Origin: an uncultured virus (IMG/VR IMGVR_UViG_3300009495_000011)
Taxonomy: Duplodnaviria > Heunggongvirae > Uroviricota > Caudoviricetes
Virus record (IMG/VR): IMGVR_UViG_3300009495_000011
Strand: one strand, 5' to 3'
Length of the DNA stretch: 64,000 nucleotides
A model generated the notes under the pieces. The model was not told the DNA's origin, made no database searches, and saw only the letters and a list, made by a program, of their open reading frames with translations. This document shows, piece after piece, positions 28,194 to 36,449 of this stretch (its first letter is position 1; every line of letters starts with the position of its first letter). Both the position numbers and the translations under genes were made by a program.

Positions 28194-28628
28194 TTATGCC
28201 TGTGGTGGATTGTTTTTGAGATGTTCTTTGAGAATAGTTGAACCGCCGACTCGTACATTGATAATACCGTTGTAGTATTGATCTGTTTCAAGTACTCTGC
28301 GTTCAAACTGTTCGCGGGCCTCTAAATAACTTGCTATGCCTCTGCTCGGACAAATATGTAATATTTCTCTTGTGAAATTTTCTGCGCCTAACCGTTCAAC
28401 GTCTGCGTTAAGTCTATCACTGGAACCCCAGTAATCTCTCCAATCACTTTCTTTTGTTGAACGTCTCTTATTCTTTTTGCCTTTGAGCGGTGGTTTAGTT
28501 ACCTTAAACTTTGCTAGTTTTTTGCCTACGTACATCATGCCATTAGTCTTGTTTGTGATAAGATAAACAAATGCTTCGCAGCCTTCTGGCAGTTCTTCAA
28601 TTTGTTTTCCTTCATAAGTCCAATGCAT
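28194..28628 (-). CDS. GIY-YIG family endonuclease (Seg-like, 144 aa)
   Basis: AFVYLITNKTNGMMYVGKK (GIY-YIG variant), ESDWRDYWGSS, NFTREIL, YLEAREQ, YYNGII. Start placed at ATG 28628, after a TAAGTA box. Confidence 0.85.
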   Translation of the reverse strand: MHWTYEGKQIEELPEGCEAFVYLITNKTNGMMYVGKKLAKFKVTKPPLKGKKNKRRSTKESDWRDYWGSSDRLNADVERLGAENFTREILHICPSRGIASYLEAREQFERRVLETDQYYNGIINVRVGGSTILKEHLKNNPPQA

Positions 28629-28656
28629 AATGTACTTAACATTTGCCTTAATTGCC

Positions 28657-28860
28657 TTAGTCGGTCTTGGTTTTTCTTGTAGTATTATGCTTAATATGTA
28701 TTTCTTCAGAACGCTCTTTAGCAAGCTGTCTCATGTCTCGAAGGCATCTCCGTACTTCTCTATGAGTACGTACGGAGTTGCGAGCTTCGAATTTTTCATT
28801 TGCCTTGAAGTATTCTAAATACATTTGCGTTAACTTATCGTGTGTGTCGTTGTCGTCCAT
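28657..28860 (-). CDS. Small basic helical protein (67 aa), possibly Hc1/histone-H1-like DNA-binding
   Basis: GAGA SD; ANEKFEARN..THREVRRCLRDMRQLAKERSEEI resembles the Hc1-like N-terminal pattern. Family call is tentative. Confidence 0.55.
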   Translation of the reverse strand: MDDNDTHDKLTQMYLEYFKANEKFEARNSVRTHREVRRCLRDMRQLAKERSEEIHIKHNTTRKTKTD

Positions 28861-28871
28861 CTACATTCTCT

Positions 28872-30644
28872 TTATTCAACAATATCAATATCGTTTTCAT
28901 AGTTTGTAAATCCGTTTTCTTTTACAACTCTCATAACATGATTAACTCGTCCGATAAGCTCGTCTTTATGTGAAATAAGGAATACATTCTTATCTCGTTC
29001 ACGTCCCATCTTTTTAAGTACGCTCAACGCACTTTCAACACCGGCTGTGTCCATGCCCGAGTCGATAAGTTCATCAATGAATAATAAGTTAACACCTTGA
29101 TACAATGATTCCCAAACGTCACGGAATGCAAAGCTCAGGCCTAAGATAAGTCTGTTGCGCTCACCTCTTGACAGGTTATCAAAGTCTAAGTCCTGTCCTA
29201 GCTGTGTAATTTCTACGTTCAAATCATTTAAGAATTGAACTTGATGCGGCAGTCCTAGCTTGTCAAGATAATATGTAAGTCTGTTGTTAAGATATGCTAA
29301 GTTTTGATCAATAATCTTTTTACGAATAAAACTATCTTTGTTAGTTAGAAGTTTAAGTAAAAATTCTTGATGCTCTTTAAACTCTGTCAGTTCATTAACA
29401 GCTGACCAATCAATTGCTTGCATTGCACTATTGTTTAGCTCGTCAATTTGTGTTTGATACGGATCAGTTTCTTGTTGTTTGTTTGACAGTGCTTGCTTCA
29501 AACTGTCAACATTTTGTCTATGGTCATATGCTTCTTTGGCACTTTCATAGAACGTTGTAGGCTTGCCATTGATGTCACCAATCTCTTCAAGTGCAAACGC
29601 AACTTCTTTTACTTTTCCTGTAATTTCTTCAGCATATGATTTAGCGTCGACAAGTTCTTTGTCTTTGCGAGCTGCAATCTCTGCTTTTTTATCTGCGTGA
29701 AGTTCTTGTCCGCATGTATAACATGTTGCATCTTCAAGATCTGCGATGTCTTTTTTGGCTTTTTCAACAGACTTGTCGGCACGTAATAGTGCTGGCTCTA
29801 ATGTGCTTAATTCTTTTTTAAGAGCCATAATAGCGTTGTTATGTTGCGTCCAGTTAGACAACTTTTCATGCGATTCAAGTTCAACTTCGATATCAAGTTT
29901 CTCTAATTCTGTAATACCTTGCAACAATTTTGCACAGTCTTGTTCTTTTTTAGACAGCCAAGCACGTTGTGTACGACCTAAACTATTAATAGTTGATTCA
30001 ATTTTACTATTAGCAGTTTGTATCGCATCAATTTTAAGAGTTTCGCTCGTGATGGCATCTTTAGTTACACGGATTTGATCTTTAAGATTAGTTGCCTTTT
30101 CAGAAAGGATAGTAATACCAAGCAACTGCTCGATAATAGCTCTTTGATCATTAGTACGCATACTAAGGAACGGTTCAGTGTATGTGTTAAGTGCAACAAT
30201 ATGTTTAAACATATCGTGCGACATGTCCAACAACTCGTTAATTGTTTCTTGTGTCTTGCGACTGTCGCCCTGTGACTCGTCGATCATTGCTTGCTCTTCG
30301 CCGTTGATGAAGAACTTGAGTACGTTAGGAGAACGTCCGCGTTCAATACGATAATCAACACCGTTCTTTTCAAAGTGCAGTGTAACTAGCATGCCTTTTG
30401 AGTTAGTTTTGTTAATTAAATTGTTGCGTTTAATGTTTGTAAGTGCCTGTCCGTACAGCGCATATGACAGAGCATTAATGATAGTAGTTTTACCTGTACC
30501 ATTACGTGATCCTGTATCGTCACCACCTTGGTCCAAATTCTCGCCTAGTACAAGCGTAAGTTGCTCTTTGTTAAAAGCAACTGCTTGGGTTTGATTGCCC
30601 ACGCTCATAAAATTCTTTACGGTTAAGTCTTTAATTTTAATCAT
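28872..30644 (-). CDS. gp46: Recombination endonuclease ATPase subunit (gp46 / SbcC / Rad50-like)
   Basis: Walker A NGTGKTT, coiled coil with CYTC zinc hook, LSRGE signature, Walker B LLFIDE, ISH. Confidence 0.96.
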   Translation of the reverse strand: MIKIKDLTVKNFMSVGNQTQAVAFNKEQLTLVLGENLDQGGDDTGSRNGTGKTTIINALSYALYGQALTNIKRNNLINKTNSKGMLVTLHFEKNGVDYRIERGRSPNVLKFFINGEEQAMIDESQGDSRKTQETINELLDMSHDMFKHIVALNTYTEPFLSMRTNDQRAIIEQLLGITILSEKATNLKDQIRVTKDAITSETLKIDAIQTANSKIESTINSLGRTQRAWLSKKEQDCAKLLQGITELEKLDIEVELESHEKLSNWTQHNNAIMALKKELSTLEPALLRADKSVEKAKKDIADLEDATCYTCGQELHADKKAEIAARKDKELVDAKSYAEEITGKVKEVAFALEEIGDINGKPTTFYESAKEAYDHRQNVDSLKQALSNKQQETDPYQTQIDELNNSAMQAIDWSAVNELTEFKEHQEFLLKLLTNKDSFIRKKIIDQNLAYLNNRLTYYLDKLGLPHQVQFLNDLNVEITQLGQDLDFDNLSRGERNRLILGLSFAFRDVWESLYQGVNLLFIDELIDSGMDTAGVESALSVLKKMGRERDKNVFLISHKDELIGRVNHVMRVVKENGFTNYENDIDIVE

Positions 30645-31655
30645 TTATAGCTCGTTATAGATGTCAAGTAGCATCTTCTTATTAAAGTTTTCAGTGTCTA
30701 GTGCAGAAATCTCACCTGCAACAATTTGATCAACACTTTCAAATTGTGCAATGTCTAGTTCAGTTGATATTTCTTCTAACTGCTTCTGCGGAATTAAAGT
30801 AATCTCTCTACAGTCATAGCCTGTTAAGAAAGTTTCTTTAATAAAACTTGCTTCTTCGAAGCTGATAGGAAGATCTAATTCAACACGAAGATACATCTTG
30901 CTCTTAATAAATGTATCTTGTTCGTCAATTAGTCTGCTTAGTTTAATTGTACGATACTTAGGACAGTTGGGCCAATTAATGTATTCGGGCTCTGCATCGT
31001 TTTGTCGATCAAGAATCATCATACCGCGATCATCGTCCCACGCATCTGCATAGTTGTGTGGAAATGCATTGCCGATGTAATGAATTGATCCTTGTACTTG
31101 ACGCTTATGGAAGTGTCCACTGAATACATATTTTTGATTAGCAAAGTTTTCTGGACGCAGTTCACCGTGATCAGGCATCTTTACAAGTGCGTTCATATAA
31201 AAGTTAGGAAGTTCAAAGTGTCCAAACATATATTTTGCTTTGCACTTTTGAATTTTCTTCCACTCATCGCCTACTAGCCACGGAACAAGTGCAACATCGT
31301 CCTCTTCATACATCTCGTCTACGATAGTAATCCCTGGAATATGACGTCCGAACATGGTTGATGTTACGTCACGCTTGTCTTTGTAGTACAAGTCATGGTT
31401 GCCAACAAACATATAGAACTTGTCAAATGCTTTACCTAGTTTTTCTAAAGACCTAATAGTAGCGTCCATAGTTGTAAGATTTAAGCTATTGCGATTGTGA
31501 TGCCAGTCTCCGCAGAAGATACCAGTTTCGCAACCGTTAGCTTTTGCCTGTTCAATATACCAATCTACAAATTCTTCACAGTCGTCATTGTGTGTTCGAC
31601 TGTTGCCTTTTAATCCAAAGTGGATATCTGTAAAAACTGCTGCTTTCTTAAACAA
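30645..31655 (-). CDS. gp47: Recombination endonuclease nuclease subunit (gp47 / SbcD / Mre11-like)
   Basis: Metallophosphoesterase motifs DIHFG, GDWHH, GNHD, GHFE, SGHFH. Confidence 0.95.
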   Translation of the reverse strand: MFKKAAVFTDIHFGLKGNSRTHNDDCEEFVDWYIEQAKANGCETGIFCGDWHHNRNSLNLTTMDATIRSLEKLGKAFDKFYMFVGNHDLYYKDKRDVTSTMFGRHIPGITIVDEMYEEDDVALVPWLVGDEWKKIQKCKAKYMFGHFELPNFYMNALVKMPDHGELRPENFANQKYVFSGHFHKRQVQGSIHYIGNAFPHNYADAWDDDRGMMILDRQNDAEPEYINWPNCPKYRTIKLSRLIDEQDTFIKSKMYLRVELDLPISFEEASFIKETFLTGYDCREITLIPQKQLEEISTELDIAQFESVDQIVAGEISALDTENFNKKMLLDIYNEL

Positions 31656-31685
31656 GTCAGACTTCTCCTATAATTTAATACATTA

Positions 31686-31714
31686 ATAATACTACACTTT
31701 AGCAGTAAAGTCAA
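31686..31714 (-). promoter_or_regulatory. Sigma70-type promoter for gp47-gp46
   Basis: TTGACT (31714-31709), 17-nt spacer, TATTAT (31691-31686). Confidence 0.75.
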
Positions 31715-31717
31715 CCA

Positions 31718-32545
31718 TTAATCGGGGGCATTGTTGGCGTCTCTTGCCAAACTAGCTTCCCATTCTGCATTACCAGTTCGTGTAAAGCTCGGATTCATGC
31801 CATTTGCTTCTAAGATATCATCTCGAATGTTTTGATTACGCTTTTCAATGTTGATAACACGTACAAAACTGTTAGTAACAGCAGCAGTATAGTATGCAAA
31901 CGGATTATTAGACTTTGATTCGTCAAACTGCAAACCAATCTGTGCTAACTGTAGGATAGCTTGTCCGCGCATCTCATCATTGTAAGTGTATCCACGTACA
32001 TTACCGCGAGTAGCATACCGATCACACAGCTTCATCCACATAAGAGCTAACTTATTTGTAGCTTTACCGTGTTTATGATTAAAGCAACCATTCTCCATAC
32101 CGCCTTCCCAGTGTGATTTTCCTACACACACAAGGTTTCCTTCGTCGTCAAACTTGTAATGCTGAAATGGCGGAAAGTTTAACTTTACTTTACGGTCTGC
32201 ATCTGTTTTTGGATTTTTCTTTCTTCCGGGTTCGTCTGGAATGTGATCAAACGTCATGATACGGAAGATTAATTCTTCCTTTGTAATACTTTTATAGTCT
32301 ACTTCACATTCAGCTTGCTTGACCTTCTCGCCATTAGCTTTACGTCGGTCATACTCAGCAGTGCTAAGGCGTTTTACTTTGTTGCGCTTTGCTTCTGCGA
32401 TAGTAAGATGATTAATTTTATCAGTACTTGGCAAAATTATGTCAAACTGATTGTAATCTGGGTCTACATAAGAGCAAAAAGTTGCCTTTGACTTATGTAT
32501 TTCGGACAGTATGTCCTTGTTGTTAAGATAATTTACTCTTTTCAT
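31718..32545 (-). CDS. gp55: Late-transcription sigma factor (gp55-like)
   Basis: NYLNNKD, NVRGYTYNDEMRGQAI, FDESKSNNPFAYYT; order 55-47-46 as in T4-like phages. Confidence 0.85.
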   Translation of the reverse strand: MKRVNYLNNKDILSEIHKSKATFCSYVDPDYNQFDIILPSTDKINHLTIAEAKRNKVKRLSTAEYDRRKANGEKVKQAECEVDYKSITKEELIFRIMTFDHIPDEPGRKKNPKTDADRKVKLNFPPFQHYKFDDEGNLVCVGKSHWEGGMENGCFNHKHGKATNKLALMWMKLCDRYATRGNVRGYTYNDEMRGQAILQLAQIGLQFDESKSNNPFAYYTAAVTNSFVRVINIEKRNQNIRDDILEANGMNPSFTRTGNAEWEASLARDANNAPD

Positions 32546-32569
32546 TGGATCTCCTAGGGTTCAACTACT

Positions 32570-32598
32570 AGTATAATATACTCTGTTAATAAAGTCAA
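32570..32598 (-). promoter_or_regulatory. Sigma70-type promoter for gp55
   Basis: TTGACT (32598-32593), 17-nt spacer, TATACT (32575-32570). Confidence 0.8.
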
Positions 32599-32605
32599 CT
32601 AAATA
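32599..32605 (+). promoter_or_regulatory. Late promoter (CTAAATA) for the baseplate operon
   Basis: TAAATA ~20 nt upstream of the AGGAG-led ATG 32625. Confidence 0.7.
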
Positions 32606-32624
32606 ATGTATAGGAGAACGCATT

Positions 32625-33491
32625 ATGTCATTTAGAAAAGTACTCAACACAGTTCAGCAAACAGCTAATACAGTTAGCACAGGATTGCGAACAACTGCGC
32701 AGTTAGGACAGGATATACAATCCGGAAACATCGGGCGTGTCCTTAGAACTAGTAGATCTTTGTTAGGATTATTAAATGGATCTGCAAGCGGTGGATCAGC
32801 TACTGCAAATTTTCCAAGTTCCGGCGATTGGCGAGTTAGATTATCAATGCCATCAACGTCAGCTTTTTTATCTAGTCCTTTAATAGCACCGCTACGTAAA
32901 ACAAACGGCTTAGTCTTTCCTTTTACTCCTACAGTTAACATAGTACACAGTGCAAATTACAATGCAATATCACCTACACATAGTATATATCCTATTCAAG
33001 CATACCGTAATAGTGCTGTGGAGCAGATTACAGTATCAGGTCAGTTTTTTAATGAAACAGCTGAAGAAGGATTGTATTGGCTAGGAATGTTGCACTATCT
33101 AAGAAGTGTAACTAAAATGGCATATGGTTCAGATAATGGTTCAGAGCAAGGATCGCCGCCGCCTGTATTAAGATTTAGCGGATACGGTGATTATGTTTTC
33201 AACAATGTTCCGGTTGTAGTTAGTAACTTTACACTAGATTTATCGCCAGACACTGATTATATTTCAATTAGCACCGACGGTGCATCTAGTTCACTAGCAA
33301 GTGCAGCAAATATTGCATCTCAAGTATCAGGAGGAGCAATTCCAAGACCAGGAAATGGTAATGTACACGTTCCGGTATCAAGTATGGTTAGTATTACATT
33401 AGTACCATCCTATAGTAGAAGAGAACAAGAGAAATTTAGTCTTAGAGGATTCGTCAACGGCGATCTTGTTAAAGGCGGAGGTTACATTTAA
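32625..33491 (+). CDS. Baseplate tail-tube initiator / tube-like protein (gp48/gp54-like)
   Basis: GLVFPFTPTV, GSPPPVLRFSGYG, NVPVVVSNF: contractile-tail tube-initiator pattern; precedes the gp53-like gene. Confidence 0.65.
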   Translation: MSFRKVLNTVQQTANTVSTGLRTTAQLGQDIQSGNIGRVLRTSRSLLGLLNGSASGGSATANFPSSGDWRVRLSMPSTSAFLSSPLIAPLRKTNGLVFPFTPTVNIVHSANYNAISPTHSIYPIQAYRNSAVEQITVSGQFFNETAEEGLYWLGMLHYLRSVTKMAYGSDNGSEQGSPPPVLRFSGYGDYVFNNVPVVVSNFTLDLSPDTDYISISTDGASSSLASAANIASQVSGGAIPRPGNGNVHVPVSSMVSITLVPSYSRREQEKFSLRGFVNGDLVKGGGYI

Positions 33492-33799
33492 TGGCATCAG
33501 CACAATATTCAAAATCAAGTCCTTGGTCAAATACAAAATTTTCAGGGTCGGGTAATTTAAGCTACTTTGAAATTAGAACAATTCCGTCTGAATCAGATGA
33601 TATACTCTATGAACTAGAACCACAGTACATATATAGACCAGATTTACTATCGTTTGACATTTACGGTACTCCTAAACTGTGGTGGGTTTTTGCACAGAGA
33701 AATATGGACGTATTACAAGATCCTATTTTTGATTTTAAGCCAGGTGTTCGAATATTTTTGCCAAAAAAAGATAACTTACTAAGAGCACTAGGAGTTTAA
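33491..33799 (+). CDS. gp53: Baseplate wedge LysM-like protein (gp53-like)
   Basis: YRPDLLSFDIYGTPKLWWVFAQRN motif. Confidence 0.8.
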   Translation: MASAQYSKSSPWSNTKFSGSGNLSYFEIRTIPSESDDILYELEPQYIYRPDLLSFDIYGTPKLWWVFAQRNMDVLQDPIFDFKPGVRIFLPKKDNLLRALGV

Positions 33800-33800
33800 T

Positions 33801-36437
33801 ATGGCAAGACCTACAGTTGATAAATTACTCGAGGGAATAAATCGAGTAGAAAGTGGCGTCCAGAGAATTGAAGAAGCTCAACAAACTTGGAATGAAGCAG
33901 TCCAAGTAGTAGACGACATTAAACAACTAGGAAATAATATTGCTTCAGCTTCTAAAGCAATTGTTTCTGATGCAAAATCATTACTCAATGGAGAACTGTT
34001 TAAAGGCAGTTCGTTAAATAATTTTTTATCAACTGGAAATGTTTTTTCCGGGGCAAAGCCAAACATATTAAATCAGTTTAGAAGTTTTAATTGTATTTTT
34101 GAACTTAGCTGCTTAACACGTGACTCGTATAACAATGCTACATATAGGTTTAATGGCGCTAGGCAAGTTATATTAAGAAGCGGCGGCGGAGCAAACCCTA
34201 AAGCAACTACTTCCTGGGAATCAAACGGCAAAGTTGAATACTTTATTGATAACGTTGAAATAGCAGCGCACATGGCAAATACAGCGTTAACAGGAACTAC
34301 AAATGCACACGGTATATCATTTGAAGTAACTGAACCGCTATCAATGGGTTTATTTTTACAAAGTTTACAAAGTGCAGCACTAGCATGTGGATATTCTAAC
34401 TACTTAATGGCACCGTTCTTGTTAACTGTTGAGTTTGTAGGACATACAGACCAAGACCAAACAGTGAATATTCCAGATGCAAAAAGATTTATACCTATTA
34501 GACTGTACGAAGCCAAGATGCGAGTTAGCGAAGCAGGGACCGTGTATGCTGTCAGAGCATATCCTTACAATGAGCAAGCAACATCAGACCAAGTAAACAA
34601 ATCGCAAGGTGCAATTACTATATCAGGACCTGAAGAAGGAACTGGATCGGTTCAAGAAATGTTACAAAAAGGTGACAATAGTCTTACCGCAGTAATAAAC
34701 AAAGCATATGCAGCAAGGGTTAAAGACAACCCATCAACTCCAGTTGAAGAAATATTCATAGTATTTCCAAAAGATAGCGCTGGCGGCGCAGGAATGGGAC
34801 TAGGTGCAGTTACAGGAGGCTTAGATAAATTATCATCAGCAGCTGAATCTGCAACTACTTTATTAGGAACAATAAACCAAGCAGCATCAGTAACACAAGG
34901 TGCAGTTGGAGAAGTATCTAGTGCGTTATCTCAATGGGGAGTCAACGCACCTGCTCTGCAAAATTTACAACAAGACCTAAACAATGCTAATCAAATAGCT
35001 AGCCAAGCAATTGATACTATTAATAATCTAGCAGCACTTCCGGGTGAAATTGGCTCAGTACTTTCAAATGCATTTAGTAGAATACCTGGATTACCGTCTC
35101 CAAAATCATTAGGAGCCGCTAAAGAACGTGCTTCTGAAGGTGAAGCAGCAGTATCGGCTGCACAAGCAACAGCTGACGGGTTCCAAATTGGCGGCGTCCA
35201 AGCATCACGTGAAGGTGAAACTAACAGTTTAGTGCAAGGCGAAGCTAGCTTAAACGACATTGGATCTAGCTTGATGGGATTTGATCAAACTAGTGGAGGA
35301 AATGTTCCGCAGGCTCCAGCTGGAATTGCAGAAGCGTGGGATAAAGACAACAATGTATTCAAACGTGGAAACACTACTATTTCAGCAAACAGACGAGAGT
35401 TTTCGTTTCCAGCTGGCGTTAAAATTACAAAGATCATTGAAGAAGTTATTTTATCTTCAAAGTATGGACAAGAATTTGCTGAAAGAGTAGACGATCAAGG
35501 AATGGTTGATTGGTTTACAATTGATCCGCAAGTATATCTAGTAGGTAAAGCATCTGATACTGCAAAAGGCGGCGAAAGCAAAGTGTATGTTTATAGAGTT
35601 ATTCCTACTAAAGTACATTCTAGTAAATTTATGGCGCCTACGCAGCAACCTAAAGGATACGGATCCATTGCTCCTAATGTAACTAAGGTATACAATTATA
35701 TTTACACAGGCAAAAACATAGATATTATAGATTTTAATATTGAGTTTGAAATGGCATTCCATACTGTGCTTCAAGCAGACTTTGGTAACCGAGCAAACGC
35801 AAATGCAGGACAAACAACTGTTGAAGATAAAGACGGAAACACAGTTAGCCCAGCCGGCGGCGAAACTCCTGCAGAAGGCGCAAGTGAAATAAAAACTAGT
35901 CCGACATATAACGGTGCAGTAGCGCCAGTAGGTGCTGGTCAAGAAACTGCCCCTATAAGAAATGCTAGAATGTTCCATCAAGCAATATTAGATAGCCAAG
36001 CAGATATGGTTACGTTGGATATGACAATCTTAGGCGATCCGTATTTTATGTCAGATACTGGCTTTGGAAATTATACTGCTGATCTTGGTCCGACTACTAC
36101 TGCAACAGCAGATGGCACTATGGATCATCAAAGACATGAAATAGACATTGTAGTAAACTTTAGGACACCGTTGGACTATGGTGGCCAAGGCGGATATATA
36201 GAAATGTTAAGTGATTCAGTTCCAGTGTCTCCATTTAGTGGACTTTATATGGTTACCGCAGTTACTAACGAATTTAATCAAGGTGAATTTAAACAACGAT
36301 TGTCATTAACTCGACGAAGAAATCAATCTGATTTATCGTCGCCGACTGTATCAGCTGGTTCTAGCGGAGGCGGATTAATAACATCTAAAGATCCACGTCC
36401 GAATACTGATGTAGTACCGCCAGTAGATGCCACATAA
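33801..36437 (+). CDS. Baseplate hub protein (gp27/gpD-like) with Ala/Gln-rich insertion
   Basis: Lies between gp53 and gp5; MTILGDPYF and FSGLYMVTAVTNEFNQGEFKQRLSLTR C-terminal hub motifs. Confidence 0.65.
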   Translation: MARPTVDKLLEGINRVESGVQRIEEAQQTWNEAVQVVDDIKQLGNNIASASKAIVSDAKSLLNGELFKGSSLNNFLSTGNVFSGAKPNILNQFRSFNCIFELSCLTRDSYNNATYRFNGARQVILRSGGGANPKATTSWESNGKVEYFIDNVEIAAHMANTALTGTTNAHGISFEVTEPLSMGLFLQSLQSAALACGYSNYLMAPFLLTVEFVGHTDQDQTVNIPDAKRFIPIRLYEAKMRVSEAGTVYAVRAYPYNEQATSDQVNKSQGAITISGPEEGTGSVQEMLQKGDNSLTAVINKAYAARVKDNPSTPVEEIFIVFPKDSAGGAGMGLGAVTGGLDKLSSAAESATTLLGTINQAASVTQGAVGEVSSALSQWGVNAPALQNLQQDLNNANQIASQAIDTINNLAALPGEIGSVLSNAFSRIPGLPSPKSLGAAKERASEGEAAVSAAQATADGFQIGGVQASREGETNSLVQGEASLNDIGSSLMGFDQTSGGNVPQAPAGIAEAWDKDNNVFKRGNTTISANRREFSFPAGVKITKIIEEVILSSKYGQEFAERVDDQGMVDWFTIDPQVYLVGKASDTAKGGESKVYVYRVIPTKVHSSKFMAPTQQPKGYGSIAPNVTKVYNYIYTGKNIDIIDFNIEFEMAFHTVLQADFGNRANANAGQTTVEDKDGNTVSPAGGETPAEGASEIKTSPTYNGAVAPVGAGQETAPIRNARMFHQAILDSQADMVTLDMTILGDPYFMSDTGFGNYTADLGPTTTATADGTMDHQRHEIDIVVNFRTPLDYGGQGGYIEMLSDSVPVSPFSGLYMVTAVTNEFNQGEFKQRLSLTRRRNQSDLSSPTVSAGSSGGGLITSKDPRPNTDVVPPVDAT

Positions 36438-36449
36438 AGGAATAGCAGA

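Noticed and set aside
27914..28219. 101-aa plus-strand ORF across the non-coding tract
   Set aside because: TTG start, no clear SD, atypical composition and antisense to neighbours; the RNA structure signals point to the minus strand.
27782..28628. Group I or II intron carrying a homing endonuclease
   Set aside because: No interrupted host gene (flanking genes have their own starts, stops and promoters), and I found no P7 R/S core or group II domain V. A derived intron remnant cannot be excluded without a covariance search.
28629..28724. N-terminal extension of the GIY-YIG ORF (likewise 21718-21801 for the 79-aa gene)
   Set aside because: Each overlaps the upstream gene and spans a late-promoter box; internal ATGs fit better.
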